Source: Verrucomicrobiota bacterium
Lineage (GTDB): Bacteria > Verrucomicrobiota > Verrucomicrobiia > Limisphaerales > SXQI01
Direction: 5' to 3'
Assembly: GCA_033762115.1 (NCBI GenBank)
Contig: JANRLX010000052.1
Coordinates: forward strand, 1 to 15,807
Length of the DNA: 15,807 nucleotides
The position numbers were made by a program, and so were the translations under genes. A model generated the notes under the pieces. That model was not told the origin of the DNA, searched no databases, and was given only the letters and a program-made list of their open reading frames with translations. Of the stretch, positions 1 through 8,367 are shown piece after piece. The first letter of the stretch is position 1, and each line of letters starts with the position of its first letter.

Positions 1-2
1 AT

Positions 3-713
3 ATTTCCAACACCCTCGGCACGGTCAACCCTGTCGCACAGCTTTGCCACCAGGCCCGCAAGCTCGGCATCACAACCCTCGTCGATGCCGCTCAAAGCGC
101 AGGCCATCGCCCACTCGATGTCCAGGAAATCGGCTGCGACTTCCTCGCCCTCTCCGGCCATAAAATGTGCGCCCCCACCGGCGTCGGACTCCTTTACGGC
201 AGGATCGAACAACTCGAAAAAACCCCTCCCTGGCAAGGCGGCGGCGATATGATCTCCAGCGTCGACTATTTCGAAAGCAGCTGGAACAAGGTCCCTTACA
301 AATTTGAAGCGGGAACTCCAAACATCGCCGGGGTCATCGGCCTCGGCGCAGCCATGGACTACCTCGATGGGATCGGCCGCAATGCCATCGCGCGGCATGA
401 TGAAGAACTAAGCGCCTACGCGTTCGAAAAACTCCGCGCCCTCAAAGGAATTAAAATTTATGGCCCCGAAACCGGTCGCGCCGGCGTGGCAAGCTTCCTC
501 TTTGAAGACATCCACGCCCATGATGTGGTCACCATCGCTGACCAGCGCGGCGTCGCCCTCCGCGGGGGACATCATTGCAACCAGCCGCTCATGAAAAAAC
601 TCGGCATCGCCTCAACCGCCCGCGCCAGTTTTTACTTCTATAACACCTTCCAGGAAATTGACACCCTCGCGGAAGTGTTGAAGGACATTCGGAAATTTTT
701 CGGGGAAAACTGA
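3..713 (+). CDS. sufS: Cysteine desulfurase, SufS/group II (5'-truncated by window edge)
   Basis: Frame is open from base 3 (ISNTLGTVNPV...LVDAAQSAGH...DFLALSGHKMCAPTG). PLP-lysine motif SGHK, FEAGTPN and catalytic RGGHHC are present. The ORF-track start at 165 is an internal Met. Confidence 0.95.
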   Translation: MSNTLGTVNPVAQLCHQARKLGITTLVDAAQSAGHRPLDVQEIGCDFLALSGHKMCAPTGVGLLYGRIEQLEKTPPWQGGGDMISSVDYFESSWNKVPYKFEAGTPNIAGVIGLGAAMDYLDGIGRNAIARHDEELSAYAFEKLRALKGIKIYGPETGRAGVASFLFEDIHAHDVVTIADQRGVALRGGHHCNQPLMKKLGIASTARASFYFYNTFQEIDTLAEVLKDIRKFFGEN

Positions 714-733
714 ACCTGCCCCATCCTCCCGAT

Positions 734-1129
734 TCAGGAGAACGATTGCCACATCGGGCGTGGCGCGGAGGAATAGGACTGCTGGATCTTGTCCAGATTG
801 CGGCGGGATTGGTCAAGGCTCGCCAGTTCGTTCTGTACCTCTGCCTTGCGCGATTCCAGGAACTCCGCGTTTTTCATTTCCATGCAGATCAATTCATTGA
901 TCACACATCGCAACTTGTGCTCCACCTGTTTGAGGTCCGCACCCGCATGCTTCCACTGGAGGTTCGCCTCCTCCGTTGTGCGAACAATCACCTCCTGCAA
1001 CCGCTGCTTCGCTGCCTGGCATTGCTTCACCTGCGCCCAGTTCGATGCCATGATCGCGCTGGTTTCCGCTTCCGTCAGCGTCCGCCACTCCTCGTAAAGC
1101 TTGAAAATGTCCGCTGGGGTCGAAGTCAT
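734..1129 (-). CDS. Small helical flagellar export chaperone-like protein (FliT/FlgN-like), 131 aa
   Basis: ATG at 1129 lies 4 nt past the fliS stop. The sequence is coiled-coil-like (LTEAETSAIMASNWAQVKQCQAAKQRLQE). Position after fliS is typical of fliT; family assignment is by context only. Confidence 0.55.
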   Translation of the reverse strand: MTSTPADIFKLYEEWRTLTEAETSAIMASNWAQVKQCQAAKQRLQEVIVRTTEEANLQWKHAGADLKQVEHKLRCVINELICMEMKNAEFLESRKAEVQNELASLDQSRRNLDKIQQSYSSAPRPMWQSFS

Positions 1130-1133
1130 GGAC

Positions 1134-1568
1134 TCACGCCGCTGCAAGCTCGGCTCGCTGATTCGTCGGGGGAGGTGTGTCCGTATGTCCCTGGAGCATT
1201 GCCGCCCAGGCGTCCCGCAACACAATCACCCGCCCCAGCACATCCTGAATGCCGGAAATGTCCTTCTGCACATTGCTCTCCATCAGGCGCCGGTCCATGT
1301 AATTATAAAGACTGCGCAGTGTCGCTGCCAGCTCTCCACCTTCCGCCATGTTCAGGGACATGTTCAGTTCAAAAAGAATGTCCTGCGTCCGCAAAATATT
1401 GTTGCTGATGATCTGGTTGAACTCCACAGGATCTTCCTTTTCAAACCCTGCCTGCGCCTGCTCCAGAAAACGGATCGCCCCCTCAAATAACATCAGCACA
1501 AGCTGTCCCGGTGGCGCCGTTTGCGTCGCAACCTTTTGATACGATTTCCACGGATTCGCAGTGATCAT
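1134..1568 (-). CDS. fliS: Flagellar export chaperone FliS
   Basis: YQKVATQTAPPGQLVLMLFEGAIRFL, ILFELNMSLNMAEGGELAATLRSLYNYM and LRDAW match the FliS family pattern. Confidence 0.95.
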   Translation of the reverse strand: MITANPWKSYQKVATQTAPPGQLVLMLFEGAIRFLEQAQAGFEKEDPVEFNQIISNNILRTQDILFELNMSLNMAEGGELAATLRSLYNYMDRRLMESNVQKDISGIQDVLGRVIVLRDAWAAMLQGHTDTPPPTNQRAELAAA

Positions 1569-1841
1569 TTAATCAATCGCTTCAGAGCTGAGATTCATTG
1601 CCAGGAGATTTGCGATTCGTTGGATCGCTTCAGGCGGCGGATAAGCTGCGCTTGAAACAAGTTCCTTGCCACGCGTCACAGCTTCCGACCGGATATCCGG
1701 CGTTGCCAGCAATGATTCATTCAGCGCCTGGGTCTCTTCAAATGAAAGACCACTGCTTTGCGACGCTGCCGCTTTGGGCTTTGGTGAAACGGCCCCGGCT
1801 CGGGCCAGAGCATCCAAACCACTATTTAGCTTAATTTCCAT
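1569..1841 (-). CDS. flgM: Anti-sigma28 factor FlgM-like protein
   Basis: 90 aa with a low-complexity N-half and C-terminal PDIRSEAVTRGKELVSSAAYP (FlgM D-R-x-x-x-V...Y pattern). It abuts fliS and has a sigma28 promoter upstream. Confidence 0.75.
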   Translation of the reverse strand: MEIKLNSGLDALARAGAVSPKPKAAASQSSGLSFEETQALNESLLATPDIRSEAVTRGKELVSSAAYPPPEAIQRIANLLAMNLSSEAID

Positions 1842-1898
1842 AACCAACTACACTTTCTGCAGGCCTACCTGGCTCTCTCTACCACTACACAATCAGAT

Positions 1899-1925
1899 TT
1901 ATCGGTCAATTCCGGGAAAACTTAA
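1899..1925 (-). promoter_or_regulatory. Sigma28 (FliA) promoter of flgM-fliS-fliT-like unit
   Basis: Minus strand reads TTAAGTTT-N11-ACCGATAA against the consensus TAAAGTTT-N11-GCCGATAA, 57 nt upstream of the flgM ATG. Confidence 0.8.
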
Positions 1926-1932
1926 CTCCCAT

Positions 1933-2664
1933 TCATCGCTCCGGAAGCGTTTCCAACAACGCATTCACACTATACCTTCCAAATCTCCGCGGGCTCGAAA
2001 GCACCGTCCGCGAATCCGCAAGCAGCGGAGCCGCTTTATAATACTTCTGATGCTCCAGCTCAAATCGCCTCGCCGAATTCACCACTGAACGCTCCGCGCT
2101 GTCAAACACCTCATCCGCCGCCCACCAGATCCGGGCATCATGCACATCCACCAGTTTCATGCTCCAACCCACCGCTATTGGCGGATACGCATGATACCGG
2201 GTTAACTCAGAAAAAAGAATCGCTTCGCACGCCAGCGCTTTCCTCAACCCCGGCAGGAAACTTTCAGGAAACTCATCATCCGCCCTCCAGAACGGCCGCC
2301 CCGTCAAATCCTTCATCTGTTGCGGCGTCACCCGCACCACTTCAAATGTCGTTACCTTGTCCAGTTCAGATTGATAAATCGGCTCCAGCACATCCCGCCC
2401 CGCAATCGCATCCGAATGCTCCTCCGAAACAGTCATCGGCAACACCGCCACCCGCCTCACCCGGTCCGGAATTTTCGCCGCCGCCAAATGCACATTCTCT
2501 GGACGGTAATCAGCTCCCAACGGGTAATCACCAATCCGCGGTCCCGTTTGGCAACCCATTGACAACAAGACTATTCCGAGAATCACCCAACCTGCCAGCC
2601 TGAGGAAAACAAACTCCTCGCCTTTCCCCTTCCCCTCAAACATTTTTAACATCTCGTCGCGCAC
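1933..2664 (-). CDS. Putative lipoprotein, CsgG/TolB-N-like alpha/beta fold (start could be 2652 or 2643)
   Basis: Hydrophobic stretch ends in a lipobox-like LSMG-C. RVAVLPM and MKLVDVHDARIWWAADEVFD resemble CsgG/DUF799/FlgO-like lipoproteins. Confidence 0.6.
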   Translation of the reverse strand: MRDEMLKMFEGKGKGEEFVFLRLAGWVILGIVLLSMGCQTGPRIGDYPLGADYRPENVHLAAAKIPDRVRRVAVLPMTVSEEHSDAIAGRDVLEPIYQSELDKVTTFEVVRVTPQQMKDLTGRPFWRADDEFPESFLPGLRKALACEAILFSELTRYHAYPPIAVGWSMKLVDVHDARIWWAADEVFDSAERSVVNSARRFELEHQKYYKAAPLLADSRTVLSSPRRFGRYSVNALLETLPER

Positions 2665-2669
2665 AATTC

Positions 2670-3311
2670 TTACATCAGTTCAGGCCCATGAAACCGGAAC
2701 AATGCCTGGCAAACCTGGTTGATCCACGGCAACAGCGCCGTTTCCATCCGGGTCGAAAGTTCAACAGGATCTTCCGAAGGCAACGACTGCTCGATCTCCT
2801 CCACGATCTCCACCAGTTTCGCGATATACCCCTGGATCGCTTTCGGTCCGATCTCATGCCCATTCGGCAACCGCTCAATCGCCCCTGGCAAAAAACTCAA
2901 CGTCAGCAACGGGTCTTTCAAATCAGGCAGCAATTTCCACCAAAGTTCCCGGGCTGAAGGCCAGTCATTGATCAACACCTGCAACGAAACCTCTTCAATC
3001 CTCCCTTTCAGTTTCCCCGCCTGCTCCTCCGCCACCGAAACCAGTTGCAACGCCAGTTGATTAAATCCAATCGTCCGGCCCGCAACTTTATTAAAATGCT
3101 CCACGCTGATCGGCTGTTTTCCCAGGCTCACAGGAATATCGTTCACCGCCAGTGAAAAAAGCACCCGCTGCCGTTCCAGAGCCAATTGCTCAAGGTGGCA
3201 GCGTATCCCCGAAAGGGAATGGCTGTGCAACGCATCCAACGCCACAGGAGCCCCATCCAGAGTCACTTGCACTTGCGGAATGAGGTCATCTTTCTTCTCC
3301 TGCCGTTTCAT
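2670..3311 (-). CDS. Hypothetical protein, 213 aa
   Basis: Clean ORF. ATG 3311 (MKRQEKKDDL) was chosen because a sigma28-like promoter sits immediately upstream. Stop is 5 nt before the lipoprotein start. Confidence 0.75.
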   Translation of the reverse strand: MKRQEKKDDLIPQVQVTLDGAPVALDALHSHSLSGIRCHLEQLALERQRVLFSLAVNDIPVSLGKQPISVEHFNKVAGRTIGFNQLALQLVSVAEEQAGKLKGRIEEVSLQVLINDWPSARELWWKLLPDLKDPLLTLSFLPGAIERLPNGHEIGPKAIQGYIAKLVEIVEEIEQSLPSEDPVELSTRMETALLPWINQVCQALFRFHGPELM

Positions 3312-3319
3312 ACAATCCC

Positions 3320-3346
3320 ATATCGGCAAAGCCGCCAAACGATTGA
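3320..3346 (-). promoter_or_regulatory. Sigma28-like promoter
   Basis: Minus strand reads TCAA-N15-GCCGATAT, 8 nt upstream of ATG 3311. Confidence 0.65.
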
Positions 3347-3430
3347 GCCCGAAATTCATTAAATCAGGGAAACACCTATCCCATCCCACTCCATTCTCAA
3401 ATTTCTTTGGCTTTCCGCCGAAAAAGCGGG

Positions 3431-4327
3431 ATGTTCAATCCATTGAGCCCACTCGCTCCAGAACCCATTGAAACCGGCATTCCCGCCCGCAGCAAACGCC
3501 AGGCGATGGATTGGAGCCTCGTCCTGGCCAGCCAGGAAATTCCCACCCGCATCGAACAGGTCGAGCGCGACAAATGGCTCCTCCTCGTCCCCGAAAATGA
3601 CCTTCCCCGCGCCCTCGAATCCATTCGCCTCTATCGCCTCGAAAATCGCGGCTGGGCCTGGCGCCAGCGGATGCCCGGCGCAGAAATCGACATTCACTGG
3701 GCCGTTATCCCCTTCGGGCTCCTTCTCATTTTCTTTCACCTCTTCAGCACCGACTCCCGATGGTCCCTCAGCTCCAGCGGGCAAATGGACAGCCTTCTCG
3801 TCAAGGCCGGGGAATGGCGGCGCCTCATTACCGCCATCTTTCTCCATGCCGACATCGCCCACCTCGCCGCCAATGTCACCTTCGGCTTTCTCACCCTCGG
3901 CCTGGCCATGGCAAGGTTCGGTCCCGGCAACGCCCTCCTCGCCACCTTGTTCGCCGGAATATTCGGAAATCTCTGCGGACTATTTTTCTATACAAAACCT
4001 TATGTCGGCCTCGGCGCATCCGGAATGATGATGGGCTCACTCGGCCTGATCGCCGTGCATTCAGCCGGTCTCTGGAAACAAAGCCGCAAAGCCGCCCGCT
4101 ACATCCTTTCCGGCGTCTCAGCCGGTTTTTTATTATTCGTGCTTTTTGGATTGAACCCCGCCTCCGATGTCCTGGCCCATGCTGGCGGCTTCGTCGCAGG
4201 CGTTCTCCTCGGCCTGATGCTCGCCTGGGTTGACGAAAAGAAAGTTCAAGGCTCCACGATCAATATTGCATCATTCGCCACTTTCCTGATCATTGTCACA
4301 TGCTGCTGGGCTTTCGCGCTCCAATGA
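3431..4327 (+). CDS. Rhomboid family intramembrane serine protease with soluble N-terminal domain
   Basis: Contains GEWRRLITAIFLHADIAHLAAN, catalytic GASG and AHAGG, with several TM segments. Confidence 0.92.
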   Translation: MFNPLSPLAPEPIETGIPARSKRQAMDWSLVLASQEIPTRIEQVERDKWLLLVPENDLPRALESIRLYRLENRGWAWRQRMPGAEIDIHWAVIPFGLLLIFFHLFSTDSRWSLSSSGQMDSLLVKAGEWRRLITAIFLHADIAHLAANVTFGFLTLGLAMARFGPGNALLATLFAGIFGNLCGLFFYTKPYVGLGASGMMMGSLGLIAVHSAGLWKQSRKAARYILSGVSAGFLLFVLFGLNPASDVLAHAGGFVAGVLLGLMLAWVDEKKVQGSTINIASFATFLIIVTCCWAFALQ

Positions 4328-5403
4328 AACTCCTCCTCCTCCTGCTTCTCCTCCTCCCCGCCACTCTCTCCGCCCAGGAATGTGCAGGCAGGAAATTCCT
4401 CTCCCTCACCCGATTCGACCGTTTCCAGAAACAAACCAACGCCGCTGCCATCGAATGGATTTCCCCCGAACTGGACCCGGGACTGGATTGGGAGGAACTA
4501 ATCCTCTCCTGGAACATCCACGGCCCCGCCACCAACGCTCAATGGCAATTTCAGGTCCAGCCGATCTCCTCCAATCTGAACGCCCATTATTATCACCTCG
4601 GTTTCTGGTCCCTGGACCCCCAAAAAAAACGGGAAAGCGTCAAAAACCAGGACGATCCTCATGGAACTGTCGATACCGACCTGCTTCGCCTGAAAAAACC
4701 GCACCGGAAATTTCGCATCAAGATCAGTTCAGACTCATCCGCCGCCTTTGACGGATTGAGCTTTATTGGCCTCTCCTTTTTCAACCCCGCCGCTCCCTTT
4801 CAGGAACCGCAACCCACTCAAAAAAACGAAACCGACCTCCCCATTCAACCCCGCTCCCAACTCGACCATCCTGAAGGCGCCAAAATCTGGTGCAGCCCCA
4901 CCAGCACCTCCATGATCCTTTCCTGGTGGGCGGAAAAACTCCACCGCCCCGAACTCCTTCTCACCGTCCCCGCGACCGCTCGCGCCATCAACGACCCCAA
5001 CTGGCCCGGCACCGGCAACTGGCCCTTCAATACAGCCCTCGCTGGCTCATTCGAAGGCATCCGCGCCTATGTCACCCGCCTCGGCACCATCGAGGAACTG
5101 GAATCATTTGTCGCCCATGGAATTCCCGTTGCCATCTCCCTCTCCTACAACCTCCTCAAGGGACATGATATTTCCGGCAGCGGCCACCTCGTCGTCGTTC
5201 GCGGCTTCTCCCCCTCAGGCGAACTCATCATCAACGACCCCGGCGTCGACCTTCCCCACGTCCGCCGACTCTTCCCTCGCGAACGAGTTGCCAGGGCATG
5301 GGACTACTCCCGCCGAACCGCCTACCTTATCTACCCCATCGGCCACCCTCTCCCCCCCAACCCCTGCGAACATTGGGAATCCACCACCCCCTCCAGCAAA
5401 TAA
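4324..5403 (+). CDS. Secreted peptidase C39-like protein
   Basis: ATG overlaps the rhomboid stop (ATGA). Signal peptide MKLLLLLLLLLPATLSA. Papain-like residues RSQ...WCSPTS...GHLVVVRGF...NDP, plus GTGNWPFNTA. Confidence 0.85.
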   Translation: MKLLLLLLLLLPATLSAQECAGRKFLSLTRFDRFQKQTNAAAIEWISPELDPGLDWEELILSWNIHGPATNAQWQFQVQPISSNLNAHYYHLGFWSLDPQKKRESVKNQDDPHGTVDTDLLRLKKPHRKFRIKISSDSSAAFDGLSFIGLSFFNPAAPFQEPQPTQKNETDLPIQPRSQLDHPEGAKIWCSPTSTSMILSWWAEKLHRPELLLTVPATARAINDPNWPGTGNWPFNTALAGSFEGIRAYVTRLGTIEELESFVAHGIPVAISLSYNLLKGHDISGSGHLVVVRGFSPSGELIINDPGVDLPHVRRLFPRERVARAWDYSRRTAYLIYPIGHPLPPNPCEHWESTTPSSK

Positions 5404-5550
5404 CCTCCCCCATCCTGCCTGCCCGCTCCTGCTAACTCAAACTCGGAGGGGGTACTCCCGATATTAATTTGATTGCAACACCCATTGATCCCCCAGGCTG
5501 GCTCTGGGAAAATCGGGATTCAGTTCGATCAACTAATCCGCTGACATTGT

Positions 5551-6078
5551 ATGAACGAGATCAAGAATGTCATTTTACAATCGCCTGGAGGGTTGCTGAG
5601 GTCAGCGATTCTTCTGGTAGGATCTTACATAGGCTTGATCCCTGTGCTGCGTATCACAGGAAAACGTACTTTATCGAAAATGAATGCGTTCGATCTGGTT
5701 GTCACCGTGGCGCTCGGCTCCACTCTCGCCACTATCGCGTTATCCAAGGATACTGCCCTCCTCCAGGGATTGCTGGTTCTTACGCTTTTGGTCACCTTGC
5801 AGTTTCTTGTGGCGTGGCTTTCTGTTCGCTCCCGCGCCGTGAGCAACCTTGTGAAGGCGACTCCCGTTTATCTTTTCAAAGAGGGAGAATTTCAGGAGAA
5901 AACCCTCCTTCGTGAACGGGTGACCCATGATGAGATCATGGCAGCCGCTCGCTCCGATGGTTTCGCCGATTTGACCGAACTGCACGCGGTGATTCTTGAA
6001 ACTGATGGATCGTTCAGCATCATCCGGCAAAGTCCAGACCGGAAAAGCACCTTGCAAAGTGTGTCTGAAGTCCGCTGA
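5551..6078 (+). CDS. DUF421 (YetF-like) membrane protein
   Basis: LRITGKRTLSKMNAFDLVVTVALGSTLA and AVILETDGSFSII are family motifs; three TM segments. Confidence 0.92.
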   Translation: MNEIKNVILQSPGGLLRSAILLVGSYIGLIPVLRITGKRTLSKMNAFDLVVTVALGSTLATIALSKDTALLQGLLVLTLLVTLQFLVAWLSVRSRAVSNLVKATPVYLFKEGEFQEKTLLRERVTHDEIMAAARSDGFADLTELHAVILETDGSFSIIRQSPDRKSTLQSVSEVR

Positions 6079-6151
6079 AGCCTCGCACCTCGTAAGCTGC
6101 AAAATCTTTGGAACCGTTCAGGTCCTTTTGATTATTGGTGTATGTTGAGAC

Positions 6152-6316
6152 ATGAAAGCACTTCGCTGGCGCAATACCCTGTTATTGATTGGTGTCACTA
6201 CTTTCTTTCTGACCGTGGCACTGCTGAACCGCGAAAATGCCTGGGCTCCACTGCTCCTGATCCTGGGTTTGATGACCCTGCTGATTTCACTCCTCTTCGG
6301 CAGGCGAGGCGTTTGA
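6152..6316 (+). CDS. Unannotated 54-aa two-TM membrane peptide
   Basis: MKALRWRNTLLLIGVTTFFLTVALLNRENAWAPLLLILGLMTLLISLLFGRRGV: two hydrophobic helices with basic ends. A -10-like TATGTT lies 5 nt upstream. Confidence 0.65.
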   Translation: MKALRWRNTLLLIGVTTFFLTVALLNRENAWAPLLLILGLMTLLISLLFGRRGV

Positions 6317-6363
6317 GCGGACCGAACATACGCCATCTTGTTCCATACAGGAAAATCAAACGG

Positions 6364-6390
6364 CGGGAGGAGGCGAACTGCCCCCTCCCG
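6364..6390. terminator. GC-rich hairpin between convergent genes (probable terminator)
   Basis: CGGGAGGAGGC-GAACT-GCCCCCTCCCG; the mismatch is a G-U pair on the minus strand. T-rich tracts lie nearby on both strands. Confidence 0.6.
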
Positions 6391-6403
6391 ATGAATTTTA
6401 TGT

Positions 6404-7435
6404 CTATGGATTGGCGGATAAATCTTTAGCTTTTCCGTCTACCGTAACCCGATTAGCGCGGATAATGTCACGTCCGCTGATTTTATCGCGCTGACCACGA
6501 AGGGTGATGCGTTCACCTTCCGCAAGGCCTATGTCAGCAGGCTTGGCCGAGCCAAGATCGACGATGTGCACGTTTCCGTTTTGCAACGAAAGCTTCACGA
6601 GCCGTTTTGACTGGCCCGCTTCGTTGTTGAGATAGATAGGCGCAATGTCCTGCACAGTTCCAGAAATATTGGCTATCCGACTCTGATTCTGGTTCCCGGA
6701 TTGATTACGGTTTTGCCGCTGGATCGTGAAATTCTGATCTCCAATCTTTGCGCTGTTCGCGAACAATACTCGTCGTCCGCTAATCCTTCCAACATTCCCG
6801 CTGATCTGGATTTCTTCACCGGGATCAACCTGGAAACGCAGGTTTTTTTGTTTCTCTCCGAAGTCCACCAAAAGGCTCTTTCCATCCCGGAGTGTGACTT
6901 TTGCGACAGAATGACGGCGATCTGCGCCAGCTCGGTCGCGTAGCGTCAAAGTTTGAACCTCCTTAACCACTCCGCGGACAGTTTTCTTTCCTGAATTCTG
7001 TCCTGTTGCATTGACTGTCGCTGAAGAACTGCGCTGCCCGTTTTTTCGGGTGTCATCCTGCTCCGGAATGTAGTCGTAACGACTGGAGTGCCATCCATAA
7101 TCGGACTCCCAACGATTGCTGGCAGGATTCCACTGATAGTGCCATCCATAATCTCTGACCGTCGGGTCGGACATATACGTGGGATCATTGGTGTCAAAAT
7201 CCGATTCTGGATCATTCCATTCGTTGTCATACCATCTATTTGCATCACCCAGGCCATAATTATAATACCCGTCATCCGGGCCGAATACATCAAGGTTCAG
7301 GGAATCATCATATTCATAATTATTTCCATCAAACCAATCCGTTGGATCATATGCCTCATCTTCATTGAGCGGATCCGCTCGCATTGACAGGATTGCTATG
7401 GAGACGCCGAGCAGCATCGTCAGTTTTTTCTTCAT
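6404..7435 (-). CDS. Secreted protein with D/N/Y/W-rich N-terminal region and two tandem OB-fold-like domains, 343 aa
   Basis: MKKKLTMLLGVSIAILSMRA signal peptide. Two ~80-aa repeats: G-V--V...V-L-DG...VD(F/L)G...GE-I-(I/L)-G...ISGR-(V/I)--AN. Confidence 0.75.
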   Translation of the reverse strand: MKKKLTMLLGVSIAILSMRADPLNEDEAYDPTDWFDGNNYEYDDSLNLDVFGPDDGYYNYGLGDANRWYDNEWNDPESDFDTNDPTYMSDPTVRDYGWHYQWNPASNRWESDYGWHSSRYDYIPEQDDTRKNGQRSSSATVNATGQNSGKKTVRGVVKEVQTLTLRDRAGADRRHSVAKVTLRDGKSLLVDFGEKQKNLRFQVDPGEEIQISGNVGRISGRRVLFANSAKIGDQNFTIQRQNRNQSGNQNQSRIANISGTVQDIAPIYLNNEAGQSKRLVKLSLQNGNVHIVDLGSAKPADIGLAEGERITLRGQRDKISGRDIIRANRVTVDGKAKDLSANP

Positions 7436-7650
7436 CCTATTTAACCTTCTATTTCCCGAGTAGTGAAACAGACAGTAGTACGGGGCTCCTACTGACCGGG
7501 TTGAATTCGCCGACAGCACCGCTGCCGAATTCACGAATCTAAAACAAGAGTTCCCTCGCTCGTAGTGACCTTATAAGCCGCTATTCTGTAGCTGAGGAAA
7601 CCTGGCTTGTACCTTTGCAATAAGTTCCCATTGATCTGACTGCTCTCAAC

Positions 7651-7667
7651 GTAGGATATTCCCTACC
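7651..7667 (-). promoter_or_regulatory. Palindromic regulator box (GTAGG-N6-CCTAC) upstream of the OB-fold gene
   Basis: Minus strand GGTAGGGAATATCCTAC is 14/17 identical to 9033-9049. Confidence 0.6.
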
Positions 7668-7704
7668 TGGCCCACCCGAAAAGCAACCTCGGGGCAGGAG
7701 TTTT

Positions 7705-8073
7705 TCACTGCTTTAACGGGTGTTCGCCAGCGATCCTTTTCTCGATTTCAATCTCCCGCATCAGGAAAAAATTAAGGGTGGTCCGAATGACAGCAATTGC
7801 TCCCAGTTTCCCGATCTTGTCCCAGGAAGGCGCGATGGCGGTGGAAAGGATGTCAGCTGCGAGCTGAAACTCCAGCGCCACCACGAGATAAGTTGCCAAT
7901 TCAAGGCGGACCGAGTTAAACCCGCTCGTCCGCCGTTTCAACAGCAGCCGAAGTGCGCGGATAACTCCCACGCTGATGATCATTGCTCCGCAAGTTTCCA
8001 CCAGCAGGCGAAGCCACCCTACAACATTTAGGATGAGCGGCTCGATGAAAGTTCCTTCCGGTGGAGGAATCAT
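7705..8073 (-). CDS. DUF1622 membrane protein
   Basis: VRLELATYLVVALEFQLAADILSTAIAPSWDKIGKLGAIAVIRTTLNFFLMREI is the family signature. Confidence 0.93.
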   Translation of the reverse strand: MIPPPEGTFIEPLILNVVGWLRLLVETCGAMIISVGVIRALRLLLKRRTSGFNSVRLELATYLVVALEFQLAADILSTAIAPSWDKIGKLGAIAVIRTTLNFFLMREIEIEKRIAGEHPLKQ

Positions 8074-8178
8074 GTTCTAAAATCTTGCTTCCGTTTTGAT
8101 CCAATTAATTTTATCCGCAGCAGCTCTCTCCCCTTCATAAAGACTGCCATGACCACAACCAATTCCTAGTGTGCAACA

Positions 8179-8231
8179 AGGCAGGTAATCACCCCACTTG
8201 CGATTTTCATGACAACAGCATCTGCTACCTT
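8179..8231 (+). promoter_or_regulatory. Box plus extended -10 promoter upstream of NarL-type regulator
   Basis: AGGCAGGTAATCACCCCACT is 18/20 identical to 10339-10358. TGC-TACCTT follows, with the hexamer at 8226. Confidence 0.6.
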
Positions 8232-8367
8232 GAACTCGTCGTTACCTGGGGATTCGTGGCAAGGGAAAGGTTTTCTTGGGAACAACCTTGAATAGAGGCA
8301 TCGCCCACAATGATATGGGTCGATATACCGATACCCAATCATTTCACAGTGCCTTACCTTTCTCACC

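Noticed and set aside
1130..1225. ORF-track N-terminal extensions (also 3312-3389, 4300-4323, 7436-7534, 9052-9090, 14332-14430)
   Set aside because: They overlap neighbouring genes or promoters; the downstream ATGs give signal peptides or stop/start coupling.
4330..4356. CTC-rich trinucleotide run
   Set aside because: Encodes the poly-Leu signal peptide and is interrupted, so it is not evidence of a contingency locus.
5446..5463. GAGGGGGTACTCCCGATA as a fifth regulator box
   Set aside because: Only about 9/16 match and no -10 at the conserved spacing. Similar weak look-alikes at 11660-11675, 11779-11796 and 13908-13923 were also not accepted.
6142..6429. 95-aa ORF after DUF421
   Set aside because: Runs through a terminator-like hairpin and into the convergent gene; the 54-aa ORF in another frame is more protein-like.
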